A stretch of DNA of 63,526 nt, counting the filler, from Kipferlia bialata (Eukaryota), in assembly GCA_003568945.1 (NCBI GenBank). It is 4 parts of 3 records of this genome, joined end to end, with 100 filler letters (N's around TTAATTAATTAA, not from the genome) between each part and the next. Parts side by side here need not be neighbours in the genome. Positions count along the whole stretch, not along the records: positions 1 to 12,863 come from BDIP01000074.1; positions 12,964 to 31,095 come from BDIP01000074.1; 2 more parts are not named here. One strand, written 5' to 3'. Shown here one piece after another: positions 1-13,045 of this stretch. Below the pieces are notes generated by a model, which made no database searches, was not told where the DNA came from, and saw only the letters and a program-made list of their open reading frames with translations. How positions within the stretch are numbered: the stretch's first letter is position 1; every line of letters begins with the position of its first letter. Both the position numbers and the translations under genes were made by a program.

Positions 1-39
1 AACTCCTTGACCTCCTCCTCCTCCATGGTGCCAATGTGC

Positions 40-79
<40 letters not shown>

Positions 80-86
80 ATATCAG

Positions 87-2662
87 AGCTGCTTGACCTC
101 CTCCTCCTCCATGGTGCCAATGTGCACCTCAGGACAACACACCACTACCAGCCCCTGCACATAGCAGTCAGATACGACAGGTACTTCACTTACACGTGGT
201 ATCTATAATTCGTAGTATAGTATGGGTATGAGTGTATATTCTCTCTCTCTCTCTCGTTCTATATATATATATAAATATGTGTGTGTGTACCCTTACCGCA
301 GGGTCAGCATTGTCCGCTCCCTCCTCAGGGCAGGTGCCGACCCAGAGGCCACCATCGACGAGGGGGGGTGGGCATCAGTGCATCAGGTATATATATATAT
401 ATATATAGTATAGTATGGATATATATATATATATATATATATGGTGATTTATATATACTAGGGAGTCCATTGACGAGGGGGGGTGGGCATCAGTCCACCA
501 GGTATATATTACACGATTGTATCTTTCTACACGATCCTACTAACCCCTCAGGCCGCTGAGCGTGGCAACGAGGTCATCATGAAGCTCCTCCTGCACGCTG
601 GGGCAGCACCCAATGTGGGTACAAAGACTGGGTGGACACCCCTGCACAAGGTACAATATATATATATATATATATATACATATATACTCATATATACTAT
701 ATATTTGTATATATATATAGAGATGGGGGGGAAGTTGGAGTACCTACTGTGGGCACAAAGACTGGGTGGACACCACTGCACAAGGTATATACATATATAT
801 AGAGACATTTATGTATGTATAGTGTGGTAGACTGCAGTGACGATAGTGCATTAGTGATCATTATTCATGTCTTTCCACTGGCCAGATTCGCTGGTCATGC
901 ATCCATCTCTCTCTCTTCCTGTTATTAACTGTATGCACCATACTCTATGTATATACTCACCGCTAGGCCTGTCTGGCTGGCCATGCCTGCATTGTCCAAC
1001 TGCTGTGGGAGTGGGTCACAGACCACGGGGGGAGGTATGGTAGTGTATATATACTATACTATATACCCTGGGAGGTATATATACACGTTTTGTGTATATG
1101 TATATGTATATGTGTGTGTGTATATATGTTGTGCAGCTGCTGTGGGAGTGGGTCACAGACCACGGTGGAAGGTATGTCTATATAAATATAAATATAGTGT
1201 ATTACTATACATATACTAACTATAATATACTATCCGATATACTGTATACACTACAGGTATTGTATATAGGTCATGTATATATTGTGCAGCTGCTGTGGGA
1301 GTGGGTCACAGACCACGGTGGAAGGTAATGATGATGGAGATGTTATATATACATTATATGTACATTGTAAATTTCATACATTTTTCTAACTGTCAGACTC
1401 AACATCTGCCAGCGTGCCACTAGAGTCAGGGGTGGCAGACCAGTCCTACCACTCCATCTGGCAGCCAAGAGTGGCAGCACTGAGTGTACGTACATTTATA
1501 TACTATATAGATAGATAGATACAGATATATAGTACGTCTACTCTGGTTTAGTAGTGTAGTGTAGTGTACTTTCTACCCCTAGACTTGGCAGCCAAGAGTG
1601 GATCCACAGAGTGTACGTATATATACTTCACTATACTAGACCGTTCCTGACTCTGACCCTAGGTGTGAGACTGGTCCTTGCCCTGGGTGGTGGAGAGGTG
1701 GTCAACATGAGGTAGAGTTTAGTGTTACTCATATATATACTAATACTCTATTGATTTCTGTTCTTCTATAACTGGTATTTGTCTTAAACCCTAACTTGAC
1801 AGGGACAGGCTGTACTGGACCCCTCTGCACTATGCATGTGAGGGAGGGTACTCAGACATAGTCAGGTATATACAGATATGTGTATATACAGATATATAGT
1901 ACTTATGCATATATATATATATATATGCTGTACTGGACCCCTCTGCACTATGCATGTGAGGGTGGGTACTCAGACATTGTGAGGTNNNNNNNNNNNNNNN
2001 NNNNNNNNNNNNNNNNNNNNNNNNNNNNNNNNNNNNNNNNNNNNNNNNNNNNNNNNNNATATAGTACTTATGTATGTATACATATATATGTTATACTGGA
2101 CCCCTCTGCACTACGCATGTGTGGGAGGGTACTCAGACATTGTGAGGTATGGATATGTATATATATATATATAATATATATGTATAAATGTATATATAAA
2201 TGCATATGAAGACTGACACACTAGTATATTATACTCTTCTATTCTTACCCTAGACTTTAGCTGTCTGAGACTGATGCCGATTCAGATGCAGTATATATAT
2301 ATATAGATATAGATATTTATATAGATTTAGATAGATAGTATATAGTATTATAGTGTATTAAATATATATATATATATAGTATATACACACTCATACTAGA
2401 CTCCTTCTGTCTGAGACCGATGCGGACCCAGATGCAGTGGATGATGAGGGACTGACACCACTCCACAAGGTATATTTATACACATATACATATATATTTA
2501 TACACACATATGGGCATGACTATATATGTATAGTACACACACATATATATATATATAGAGAGATGTGGAGATTCAGATGCAGTGGATGACGAGGGACTGA
2601 CACCACTCCACAAGGTATGTATATACATGTGTATATATACATAGGTAATACATATATTAGAT

Positions 2663-2704
<42 letters not shown>

Positions 2705-4886
2705 GTGGATGACGAGGGACTGACACCCCTGCACAAGGTGTATCTACATATATATACGTATGTATCTATATATATAGAGAGAGATATATAGATGGATATA
2801 CAAGTACAGATGCAGTGGATGATGAGGGACTGACACCCCTGCACGAGGTATATGTATATACACACATGGGCATGACTATGTGTGTATAGCACACACACAT
2901 ATATATATAGAGAGAGAGAGATTCAGATGCAGTGGATGACGAGGGACTCACACCCCTGCACAAGGTATGTATACATATTTACTATTCTCCGAATACATGT
3001 CATATTATTGAATATCATATGTTCTATTACAAATCCGTGATGTATCTGTCTGACCCTTTCCCCTCTCACCCCCAGGCTGCCGAGACTGGCAATGTGGAGT
3101 GTGTCAGGCTCCTCATGAGACAGGTGGGTGGTCGGTTCTTCTCTCTCTCATCATCTTATGAATGATGTTACCATATATCTATCCTCGGCATTTTTGGCTT
3201 TCTATCCCTCCCTCTCTCTCTCCCTCTCTCACCCAGGGCAGAGACCTTGTCAACCCAGACGCTGAGTTCTCAGGTACAGCACCCTTAATATACATATATA
3301 CCCTTCTTCGTTATAATGGATATCTTGTTAATATTTCTTTGCAATTGTATTACTAATATGTATTTCACATCCAGGTGGCTACACCGCCATGCACTTCGCT
3401 GCCCAGAACGGATTCCTCAACGTGGTCAAGGTCCTCATCCAGGTAAGGACAGCTTGTCACACATCGAGTAGCATTAAATGTCACGCACAATTCAGCATGT
3501 TACACCTCAGGAGGGCAATGCAGACCCCAACAAGAGAGCCGTCGATGGGTGGCAGCCAATCCACGCTGCTGCTAGGTAAATCATGTAGATGAGTTGTGTT
3601 CTTTACCGCGTAGTTCTCACCCCTCTAGGTTCCAGCACCGTGGCATTGTGTCCTTCCTGACAGACTACCTGCCCCAGTCTGAGGTGTGTGTACTCATGAT
3701 ATATATATATATAAGATAGATGTATATATATGCATTGTATATATACATTTCCTGATTGATACATATATATATATACAAATGTTATACATGACAGACTACC
3801 TGCCCCAGTCAGAGGTGTGTATGTTCATATATTCATGATATATATATCAAATAGCTTCATAAAGACACTCCATACTGGTATATCTGTGTTCTATAGAAAT
3901 ATGGTACTGTATAGTTGCATTTTACCACATCCCTACGTATGTATGTAAGCATTGTCCCTCTTAATACCCTCAGGTGGCAAGGATGATGATCATTTCTCAG
4001 ACGGCATCACTCTCCAGTACATGATTTATTACACTTATCTTATGATACGGTAATCCATATTCCAATGATCCTGATCCTTATTCTAATGAGTACGTGCCTT
4101 ATTCTAATGACCCCAGTGTGGCAAGGAGGGTGATGAGTGACTTCATCGTACCTCCCTATTCTATTACTACCCCTAATGTATTCTAATGATATCGGCTGGT
4201 ATATAATTGTATATGATATCCAATGACCCCAGGGTGGCAAGGAGGGTGATGAGTACTCTGATGGGGACAGGCTATCAGACGACAGAGACGACATGTCAAT
4301 GTCAATGTCACCTAGGTATGATCCATGCTTTACTATAGCTATAGCTATAATTATATATTTGTACTACTTATGGTACTACTTATGGAGGTTGTATTATATA
4401 GATGAGGTTACATTTATCTAGCCAAGAGGGCAGACATGTCAATGTCAATGTCGCCAAGGTACTGAAGAGAATATATTGTGTTGGTATTGAAGACGTATAG
4501 ATGTATAATTATATTTATGTATCAATATACATTTACCTCCAGGTCACCCCGGGAGAGTGAGAGCAGCTACTCAGACAGCTACAGTGACAGGTACGGTCCC
4601 CCTCTCTCCCTCCCCCACTCCCTCTCTCCCTCTACACCCTTATTCTCAGCAGTCCCATGTCCTCCTCTGTGATGCCCTCTGCCTCTCTTGCCAAGGGGGA
4701 GACACCTAGGTACTATGGTTGTACTCTTATTTCTGAGTTTAGTAGTTAGACTATATGCACATTCACAGTGTGAATCACACACATATATATACATGTCTAA
4801 GGATACTTCTGCCTCCCTTGCCAAGGGGGAGACGCCTAGGTACTATGTTTGTACTTTATTAGCAGAGTAGAGTCTGTGAGACTATA

Positions 4887-4925
<39 letters not shown>

Positions 4926-5247
4926 GGCTTGTGGAGACCTCCCTTGCCAAAGGGGAGACACCTAGGTACGGTCATTGTACCGTAGCAAATATACATGTTG
5001 CATGGCACGTATACCCTAGCTTCGTTCACTGTTTGGGTGATATATACTATTAGTCATTCCTATTGTAAGTTACTAGCCTATAGTATGATGCAATATTGGT
5101 ATATATGGCATCTGGTAGAGCATATGTGGTTCATACATGATAGGCTTACCCTTGTATACTATCAATATATATATACTCATTATACCCTCACCCTAGGGGT
5201 CCTCGCTCTGAGGGTGGGGAGGGCATTGGCCCAGCAGACATTCAGTA

Positions 5248-5248
<1 letters not shown>
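87..5248 (+). CDS. Ankyrin-repeat protein, multi-exon, 5'-truncated by the window edge
   Basis: Phase-compatible GT-AG exons encode serial ankyrin motifs: LLLHGANVHLRTTHHYQPLHIAV, LLRAGADPEA, GAAPNVGTKTGWTPLHKAC, YWTPLHYACEGG, DAVDDEGLTPLHKAAETGNVECVRLLM, GYTAMHFAAQNGFLNVVKVLI, DGWQPIHAAAR. A Ser/Asp-rich tail follows; stop TAA at 5246-5248. Confidence 0.92.
461..4970 (+). repeat. Intronic 'echo' copies (25-60 bp) of adjacent exon ends including their splice sites, embedded in (TA)n/(GA)n tracts
   Basis: Copies start at about 468, 748, 1128, 1281, 1583, 1926, 2091, 2254, 2569, 2699, 2808, 2920, 3789, 3974, 4116, 4433, 4807 and 4938. Each matches the flanking exon. Confidence 0.9.
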
Positions 5249-5295
<47 letters not shown>

Positions 5296-6462
5296 GGCAG
5301 AAGTGACATTCTAGACGCTGAGAGATCCTGAATCTTCTGGCAATCAGTTGGCAGTTTTCACTATATTCACTAGCGGTGTATAGACGATTGTCTATTTCAA
5401 TAGATTTGCACAACAACTGAGGTGATGTGTCTCTCTCGCCATCAGTGTTCTCTACCATTCTTCCCCTCCCTTAGTAGTGCAAGCATATTCACTAATGACA
5501 ATGATATAACGACGTCAGAATAGATACACATACTGTAAACTTAGTAGACCTTAGTGCACAAATACTACGGTATCTGTGTTCCTTGTTGAGTATACAGTAT
5601 ACCTTACAGTGCGCACCATAGAATACCTCTCACTCTACTAAGTGCCAATAGTAGTCACTCTACACCTGAATAGTCTCACAGTATTTGACTTTGTGTCTGT
5701 GTAGTTGGTGGTAAATGCACGAACAAAGGCACTTGCACAGAGAGAGACGTCTGTTAGGGAGGTATCGTGCCAGGTATGTGTGACTCTGTTGCCTCACAGT
5801 GGCTTCAAACTGTTCTACTACTACAACTTTAGTCCACGTACGAGATTCAAGATCTCAACCGAGCTCTCTCACAACTAGGTTGAGTCCATGTGCCATGCTT
5901 GCTATGATGGTAGTCTACATCACTATGACAATGCTACAGACTATACTGGTGGTATATGAAACCCTCAGACGCATATGGCATTACCAAGAGAGAAAAGCAT
6001 ATGCTATGACCACACCTGTGTGTCTGTTGCCTATCCACATCCTGTTGTGCATGGTACTGCTTCTGAAGCAGAGTGTTCCAGACCCGGTAGTAGTTGCCCT
6101 TGCAAACATGCTAGAGGGACATAGGGTTAAAGTCTTTAACTTAAAGATGTCATGGAAGCTGAGGTAACTCCTCATCAACTACATGTGTTCTGTATATGAG
6201 TTGTCTTACTGCCAGCGATGTCCCATGCACTTGAGAGACCACTCTGATATATTCCGACTTCTGCAGTGGCTCTACGGTGGCCACAACAGTGACGACGCAC
6301 CACTTTCGTCTTTGCAGGTCAATACTCTATCCCATATATACAACAATTTACAATTCAATCTAGTTAAAACAATTTACACATTGAGATAGTTGTCTTGTGT
6401 TTGGTACAATTTCATCTTTGGACTATCCCACTCCAGATATTGAGAGCACTCTTCCCAACAGG

Positions 6463-9400
6463 GTTGAGGGCCTACGATCAAGTACCACACGATTTTGACA
6501 TTGTTGTGTTGCCTCGCATATCGGTCTTCAGCAAGGTACTAAGATTGACATACTATATATAAATATACATTCTATTAGAAGTATACAAGGTCAACCATTC
6601 CCCAGTAGTCAATTATTAGTGTCATAGATACACCCCACCGATTCATAATGAAGAATCGAGTAGGACGTAGACTAGAGTCACAGACCAGGTGCATTGCAAA
6701 TATGTGTATCTACATGCTCCAACAACAGGCACTCTGGGATTTAACTTCTTGTGCACCAACGTTAGTCCTTCCGCTGCTCTACAGCCACGTTATTAGCCCA
6801 CACAGAATGCAAAGGACTAAGTACGTTGTATGTGTATATAGTCTCTGACGGTACTCTAGAATTCGAAAACATTCAATTCACTAGGCCTAACATTAGGAAG
6901 TGGTATAGAGAAGCCGGCAAGAGACATACAGGACGCTATCTGAAGAAGGTGCCCTACATTGTTCCGCTTGGACACAATCTGGCAGTCTATAGTGCAGCAG
7001 GTACCATGCAGATGTTACAAGCAAAGCGGCTCGGTTAAAGACTGTCATGTTACCTGACTCATGTAGACTCTTTTAAGACTTAAATTTATGTAGTCTCCTA
7101 ACTCAGGGGAACTCTATCAGTTGCTGGCTCAGATGACAGAAGACACACGACAACAGAGGTACAGTAAAACACAATCCTATACCATATTCCAGAATATACA
7201 GTCTGTGCCTGAGCCATATGAATGGTGATAGACATACCGCTAATTCTCCAGTTTGCATGATGCATTGATGCTCTGTCGGTACCATCTGGTGTCTCAGAGG
7301 ATCTTGGATCGTTCCTGCCACACTATTCCCTATTCTCCAGAGGTATGGAAATGAACGTGTGTCTTGCCATTTTCTGCATTATCATACTGCAGCATGCATA
7401 TTTGCCAATGACACAAAAATTTCTGACTGAAGGACGTAGATGATAGTCGGTGGCTGCCAGTATCCCAGTGCTTCTACAAGTCAGACATGCTCCCTGCATA
7501 CAAAGTGCCCAGTGTTCCATACACTCCACCACAACCAATCAATACACTGAGGTATTCACACAATTTGTCAGAGTCACAATTGAAATCACTCTCATGAATA
7601 TGTGTGCATACACTAGATGCTGACCCCACAGATGGCCTGCCCCATGGGCCCCTTCTGTATCAAGGCTAGTTAGGTGCTTCCAGGTAGGAGTACTAATATA
7701 TATAACACAAATATTGTATATACTAAAAATATAGTGTATAATAATGGTATCGGTAGACACTTCGGTACATATACACACACTAGTTACATCTATAACGCAC
7801 ACATAGCAATCCAACCAATCGGACTGTGGTTAATGTGTCATAGTTCGTGTTCTAGTATTATGATAATGATACAGATAATGATGCTCTGATTCACTTGCTA
7901 ATCCTTATGCCCCATATGTGCAGTTCCCCCAACGGATGTGTATCGTTGTCACAGACTCATGGTTCCGGCTTCTCTTTCTGGGGAACTATGAGGTTTGTCT
8001 AGTGTATAATCATTCAATATCTCTGCATTATTCATTTAGCGTCATTCTTCTGTGTTGTTCTGAATGTTCGCTGATCTCAGCCCCATGGGCCCTGGTTGCG
8101 CCATGTTGACATGATGCTGCCAGATGTCAGGACATACCTCATGAAGAATCAGGTTCCACTACTGAATATCATGAGAAACAGTATGTATTCCAGTATCTCG
8201 TGGGTTCTATCATTTGAACAGGCCTAACATGAGAACCAGTATCTGACCCGATAGCAAGTCATGCAACTGCCGTCCGTACCGTTCCAGAACTCTGCAGTGG
8301 CGGCATTGACTGTTCAAATACACAACAAACAGGTATGTTTTGGCGTCACCAATACTAGTCACTGGAAATGGTTTCCACGTAAGTACAGTAGTACTCACTC
8401 CTTCAGTTTCCCTTCCACTTCGGATGGATGCTCTATGTCGAAACACGGGCTCCAGACAGACGGCCCCTTACGGTAATGCATCACAGTACTTACACCTCAG
8501 TATATGTATACAGGGGCCCACATGTTGCACTACATCACTTACTGTCTCCAGTAGCACTGTTTCTATACTTGAATTCCAATTCCAGAACCGTGGAGTGTGT
8601 ACCATATTCTGGCATCGACAGCATATGAAGGTGTTACGCAGAAGTAGAAAACGGCAGAGGTACCACCACCGAGTTCCTCATGGCTATGTTTGATTTCTCT
8701 GTGACAATATGACATCCAGGCTGGATGATCCAGCCTAGGTGTATCTCGTAATCAGCAGTCTATCAAGGATACTATCTGTTTGATTACTAAGACAAGCATA
8801 GAAGAGGACGGTTACTTCTCCCTCCTGCCGCTTGTCAGGACACACCCACAGTGGATACCGACAATGCCGACTGGTGTGTTTAGAGCCAATTCACATACTG
8901 TCTCTAAGGTGAGGAAGTAGTGGCATTGCATGAAGAGACTACTTTGAACGTAACGCACAATTTGGTGTACATTCTTACCTCAAGGCCAGTGTTAAGGACT
9001 TCCTGTACATGTATCGTCGGGACATAGGTGACCCACGGACCAGGTGAGAATGGATAATCATACTATGTTAGTATGGTATAGCAGTTTGAATAGTGAATCA
9101 CTTGAAAGTATGCGACACCTGTTTCATCGAAAACGAGTCGAAAGAACTATAAAGAACAACTCATTTCTAGGGAGTCCTTGAACCAGTTTGTGTCCGACAC
9201 AGAGTTTGATACAAGACTGTTAGACCTCAAGGTAGGAGACCTTGTAACTCTTGTCATCATTATTATCCTATAAGGATCACTATGTACATACGAGAGGATC
9301 AGCATAATTGAATTCTTATCCCAGAGTCACGGGCGAGGCATAGAGACTGCCTTGCTATTCGTCTACCAAACACTCGGGTATGTACGATTAACAGGGTTGA

Positions 9401-11304
9401 TTTAACACCTAGGTCCTCTTATTATAAGAGTATTTGCAATCACTGAGTGAAAGAGTACAACGCTATGGTATATGTTACATATACCGTATATGTACCGGTT
9501 CTATCTGACATATCCAGGTTTGAAGCTTGCAATGTCAGTCCAAAGATATTGGGACGATACATCTTGACACTAAAGGTGACTTTGTCTCTAGTATCCCTTC
9601 TTCTGCTAGTCGAGAAGTTACGTACTCTTTAGCCATTGAAGAGTTGCATACTCACTCGTAGAATATAGCATAGCGTTCTTTGACAGCAGGGATTGAACTC
9701 TAACGTAATTGGTGCGGAGAATGCACTTGCAGTGCTCCATAAGACCTACCACCTTGTATCGTCCTTGAGAGCTAGTACAGGGGGACTCCGATACATGAGT
9801 GTACACATGGTATGGAAAACTCTTGATCGCACGTCAATGCTCACGTGCGACTCTGTATTAATACTAGGCACTCGCAGCTGTGCTCATCGCTGTGTCGACA
9901 TGCATTGTCCCAGGTAGGTGAAAGTAGAATCAGGGCCACATATATATATTCCGTAAGTATATTATATTTACATGTCGTGTAGCTATCTGGTGGAACAACA
10001 GCAGTCTACTCCAACTGATTACAGGTGTGTCACAGGGTTTGAAGGACGAAGTATTGGGGATACTCCATCACTCACCTCCGAAGGCGTCGCATGTCAGCGG
10101 GTAAGAATCCATACATTCCTTGTTGTCATTAAGTGTCTGTTCATGAATGACTGTCAGGATGTGTTGGTGTGTGTTATTGCACGAGAGTCACATTCCTGAT
10201 ACGTACACTTCTCTCTCTCCCATTCTCTCCCATTAGACTCTCATTGAAGAATCACACTAACTGTGGCCAAAGAGAGCGGTCTACTAGAAGGACTGCCTAT
10301 GGGAATGTGTTCTTTGCTGAGGAGACTTCAACGCAACACAAATGTGCCAGAAATTCTCTCCTTGACAATTGAGGTGAAGATAGTCGTAATACTCATATTT
10401 ATACTAAGTATACTCTACTCTGTATTCTGCAACCGATTTTCTGTTGAGTAGTCATAGACTATGACTCATAGTCATTCAACTTCATGTGAATTATGAAGTA
10501 GCGATTCATTGATTCTCTGGGATTTCTCAATTTTACCCAGGTCGGCATGTTCTGTGACTGGTACGAGTCACTGTCTGAGTCAGAGCGCCAAGAGGCCATG
10601 GAGCTAGCAAGACCAATGGTATGTACATTGCGCTACTGGTCTAAAAAAGTAATTACACTTAATGATGTATTTGGAAACCCAAACTCTATCATAGTTTAGA
10701 GTTTATAGTATAGTTATATTCCCACCATCAGGTAGAAGAAGTACTTCCAAGTGTCCTTACAAGTCCTGACTGTCCAACAGCCACATGTCAGTCTCTATTA
10801 CTACGGGGTATAGTGGCCCTCACCAGTGTACATAACAGAAGGAGGTGAGTGCATTAAACGTTGTATTACGTTAAGATAACGTCGATAACCACTCTCCTCT
10901 TACTACTATAATACCAGTCTACTATTGAAAAGGATTCCTCCTATCCTTATCAGATACCTAGTGTACTCATATCAGTATATACCCTTTACGGTAGTCACTA
11001 GGTAGCTCTCTCTCTCACTACAGCACTCTTGGGAACAACAGGTGTCAAGGGACGTTTGACACACGTAGCGTTAGGTTCAACGGCACAGGAGAGAGGAGTG
11101 CCGTGAAGGTATAGCTTCTAGCCACACTCACATAGTACACCTCTGTCTCTCTCTCTCTCTTTACGATCTGACCTATAGCAATGCCATGTGTTCATTAGCA
11201 CATGTGTTGTTCCCCTTGTGAGGGCTCTTATCCGACTGGCTAAGTTGTTGCAACTGAGGAGCTTTGAGTCGGTGTTGGAGAAGATGCTGCAGAGCGTGCA
11301 GTAG
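6463..11304 (+). pseudogene. Large multi-exon gene of unknown family with many in-frame stops but conserved exon phases; probably starts further upstream near 5700
   Basis: Consecutive AG/GT-bounded exons (6463, 6606, 6729, 7107, 7193, 7393, 8222, 8720-9043, 9171, 9325, 9413, 9518, 9610, 9869, 10541, 10732, 10954, 11023, 11180) join in phase. In-frame stops include 6606, 6742, 6763, 7266, 7409, 7424, 8225, 8252, 8736, 9444, 9521 and 9630. The last exons (10541-11304) are open. Confidence 0.6.
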
Positions 11305-11615
11305 TCGAGAGTGCATGTGGGTTCACTTTGCATCCATATGTTTGCCAGACACTGATAATTCAATAGAGGTAAATAGTAGTTACATGCCTGTGAGACACTG
11401 CTGTCAAAGGTTCTGTCTCTATATAAATACATACACTTCAATACTATATTCCCACAAAACATCATTATCTATTCGTACACAATCTCCACTAGAGGCAGAG
11501 GCCTCTCGAAACATATAATTACTCCATATCCTTCTCTTCAATGCAAATACAGTCCCCAATGAGACACTCATCAGGTATGGGCGATGGGTCAGGATCTCTC
11601 TGTCTCTACATGTAT

Positions 11616-12468
11616 TCACTTGATATCAGCCTCATCTAGGCATATGCAGTCACCAATTAAGCACTCATTGGGTATGGGTGAGGGATCAGGATCAGCATCC
11701 TCGTCATCAGTGCTCTCTCTCTCTCGCTCCGCCTCTCTCTCTGATGGTGTATCCACTCCCTCTCTCTTAGATGTTACTTCAGTAACATCCACTCTCTTTT
11801 GATCTTGCGTCCTACTCTGGTGGGCGGCCAGCTGTTTCTGGGGGTGAGTGACGTCGTGTGTATTAGAAACACTGCAAAGTGTAACGGAAGGTGGGATATA
11901 CTACATCGCACATATATACTATATTATATTGGCACAGTGAGGAACAACTGTAGTAGAGTAGAGTGCGTGATAATGAACACAGTGTATTCTGAAACTGCCT
12001 GAGTACTGGTAAGGCGAAGAGCAGGGTACATACACTGAGATTGGGCGAGAGTGAGCAACATAAATATATACACTTATATATAGAGTTATATACTACCTGT
12101 ATGAATGCTGGCATGGTGAAGACCAGGGTGCATACATAGAAGACCTTCCAGCCAGTTGTATCAGCCTGACAGTAACGGGTGGATAAGTGAGAGTATATAG
12201 TACAATGTGAAAAGTGTGAGATAGTGTATAGGAGGAAACATATATACCGACGTTTCTGGGAGTGCGATCGGTCTGGTATTACGGGGGTACTGAGGGGGGG
12301 GGGGGAGGAAGAAGACATGCAGAAACAAACAGCACTAGCTATGTTGATTATATGCGTATATATATATATATCTAAATGTATCAATGTATATGACTAATGC
12401 TTCTTAGCGCTAGGTATACTGGAAATATGGACAGAATACAGATGTAAGGAAGATTGTATTCAGAGAGA

Positions 12469-12500
<32 letters not shown>

Positions 12501-12560
12501 TACCTGTCTCTTGAAGACTAGACCCGTGAATGCCCACATGGCACCTCCAAACCCAAGTAC
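11616..12560 (-). CDS. 3' part of a probable membrane protein, unknown family, truncated by a gap
   Basis: Four in-phase exons: VLGFGGAMWAFTGLVFKRQ / YPRNTRPIALPETS / ADTTGWKVFYVCTLVFTMPAFIQ / acidic tail ending in TGA. Confidence 0.4.
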
Positions 12561-12863
12561 CTGAGAATGAGGGCGTAAATATGTATATATTTATGGAGAG
12601 AGGGAGAGAGAGGGGGGGGAGTTGTAAGCAAGGTGATGGACCTGACAGGATTACTATGGAGCAAAAGGCATATATCCCACAGCGAAGAGACAGAGGTGTT
12701 AGGAAGGATGAACAATACTGTGAGTGGAAAGGCACTATCCATACATAGAAACCCACACACATGGATATGAATGCATGTCTAGAATCATACATATTAATGA
12801 TGTATACGCGGGAGCAGCGGGGGGGGGGGGGGGGGGGGGACCAAAAAAAAAAAACCCAAAAAG

Positions 12864-12963
12864 NNNNNNNNNNNNNNNNNNNNNNNNNNNNNNNNNNNNN
12901 NNNNNNNTTAATTAATTAANNNNNNNNNNNNNNNNNNNNNNNNNNNNNNNNNNNNNNNNNNNN
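12864..12963. other. Assembly gap with artificial TTAATTAATTAA linker
   Basis: 100-nt N block with a central six-frame-stop linker; the same structure occurs three times in the window. Confidence 0.95.
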
Positions 12964-13045
12964 AACAACCCCCCCCCCCCCCCCCCCTTCCCCCCCCCCC
13001 CCCCCCCCCCCCCCCTCTGTATTCCTATAATCGTCCTCACCTCAG

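Noticed and set aside
2400..2966. Repeat-spacer layout resembling a CRISPR array
   Set aside because: The repeats are exon-end copies with GT donors, the spacers are variable-length microsatellites, the context is eukaryotic and no cas genes are present.
6463..11304. Alternative genetic code (TAA/TAG = Gln, as in hexamitid diplomonads) as the cause of the in-frame stops
   Set aside because: TGA also occurs in frame, and conserved genes in the window end with TAA, TAG or TGA and show no internal stops.
12908..12919. Palindromic TTAATTAATTAA, repeated at 31140 and 59823
   Set aside because: Always centred in a 100-nt N block and gives stops in all six frames, so it is an assembly linker and not biological.
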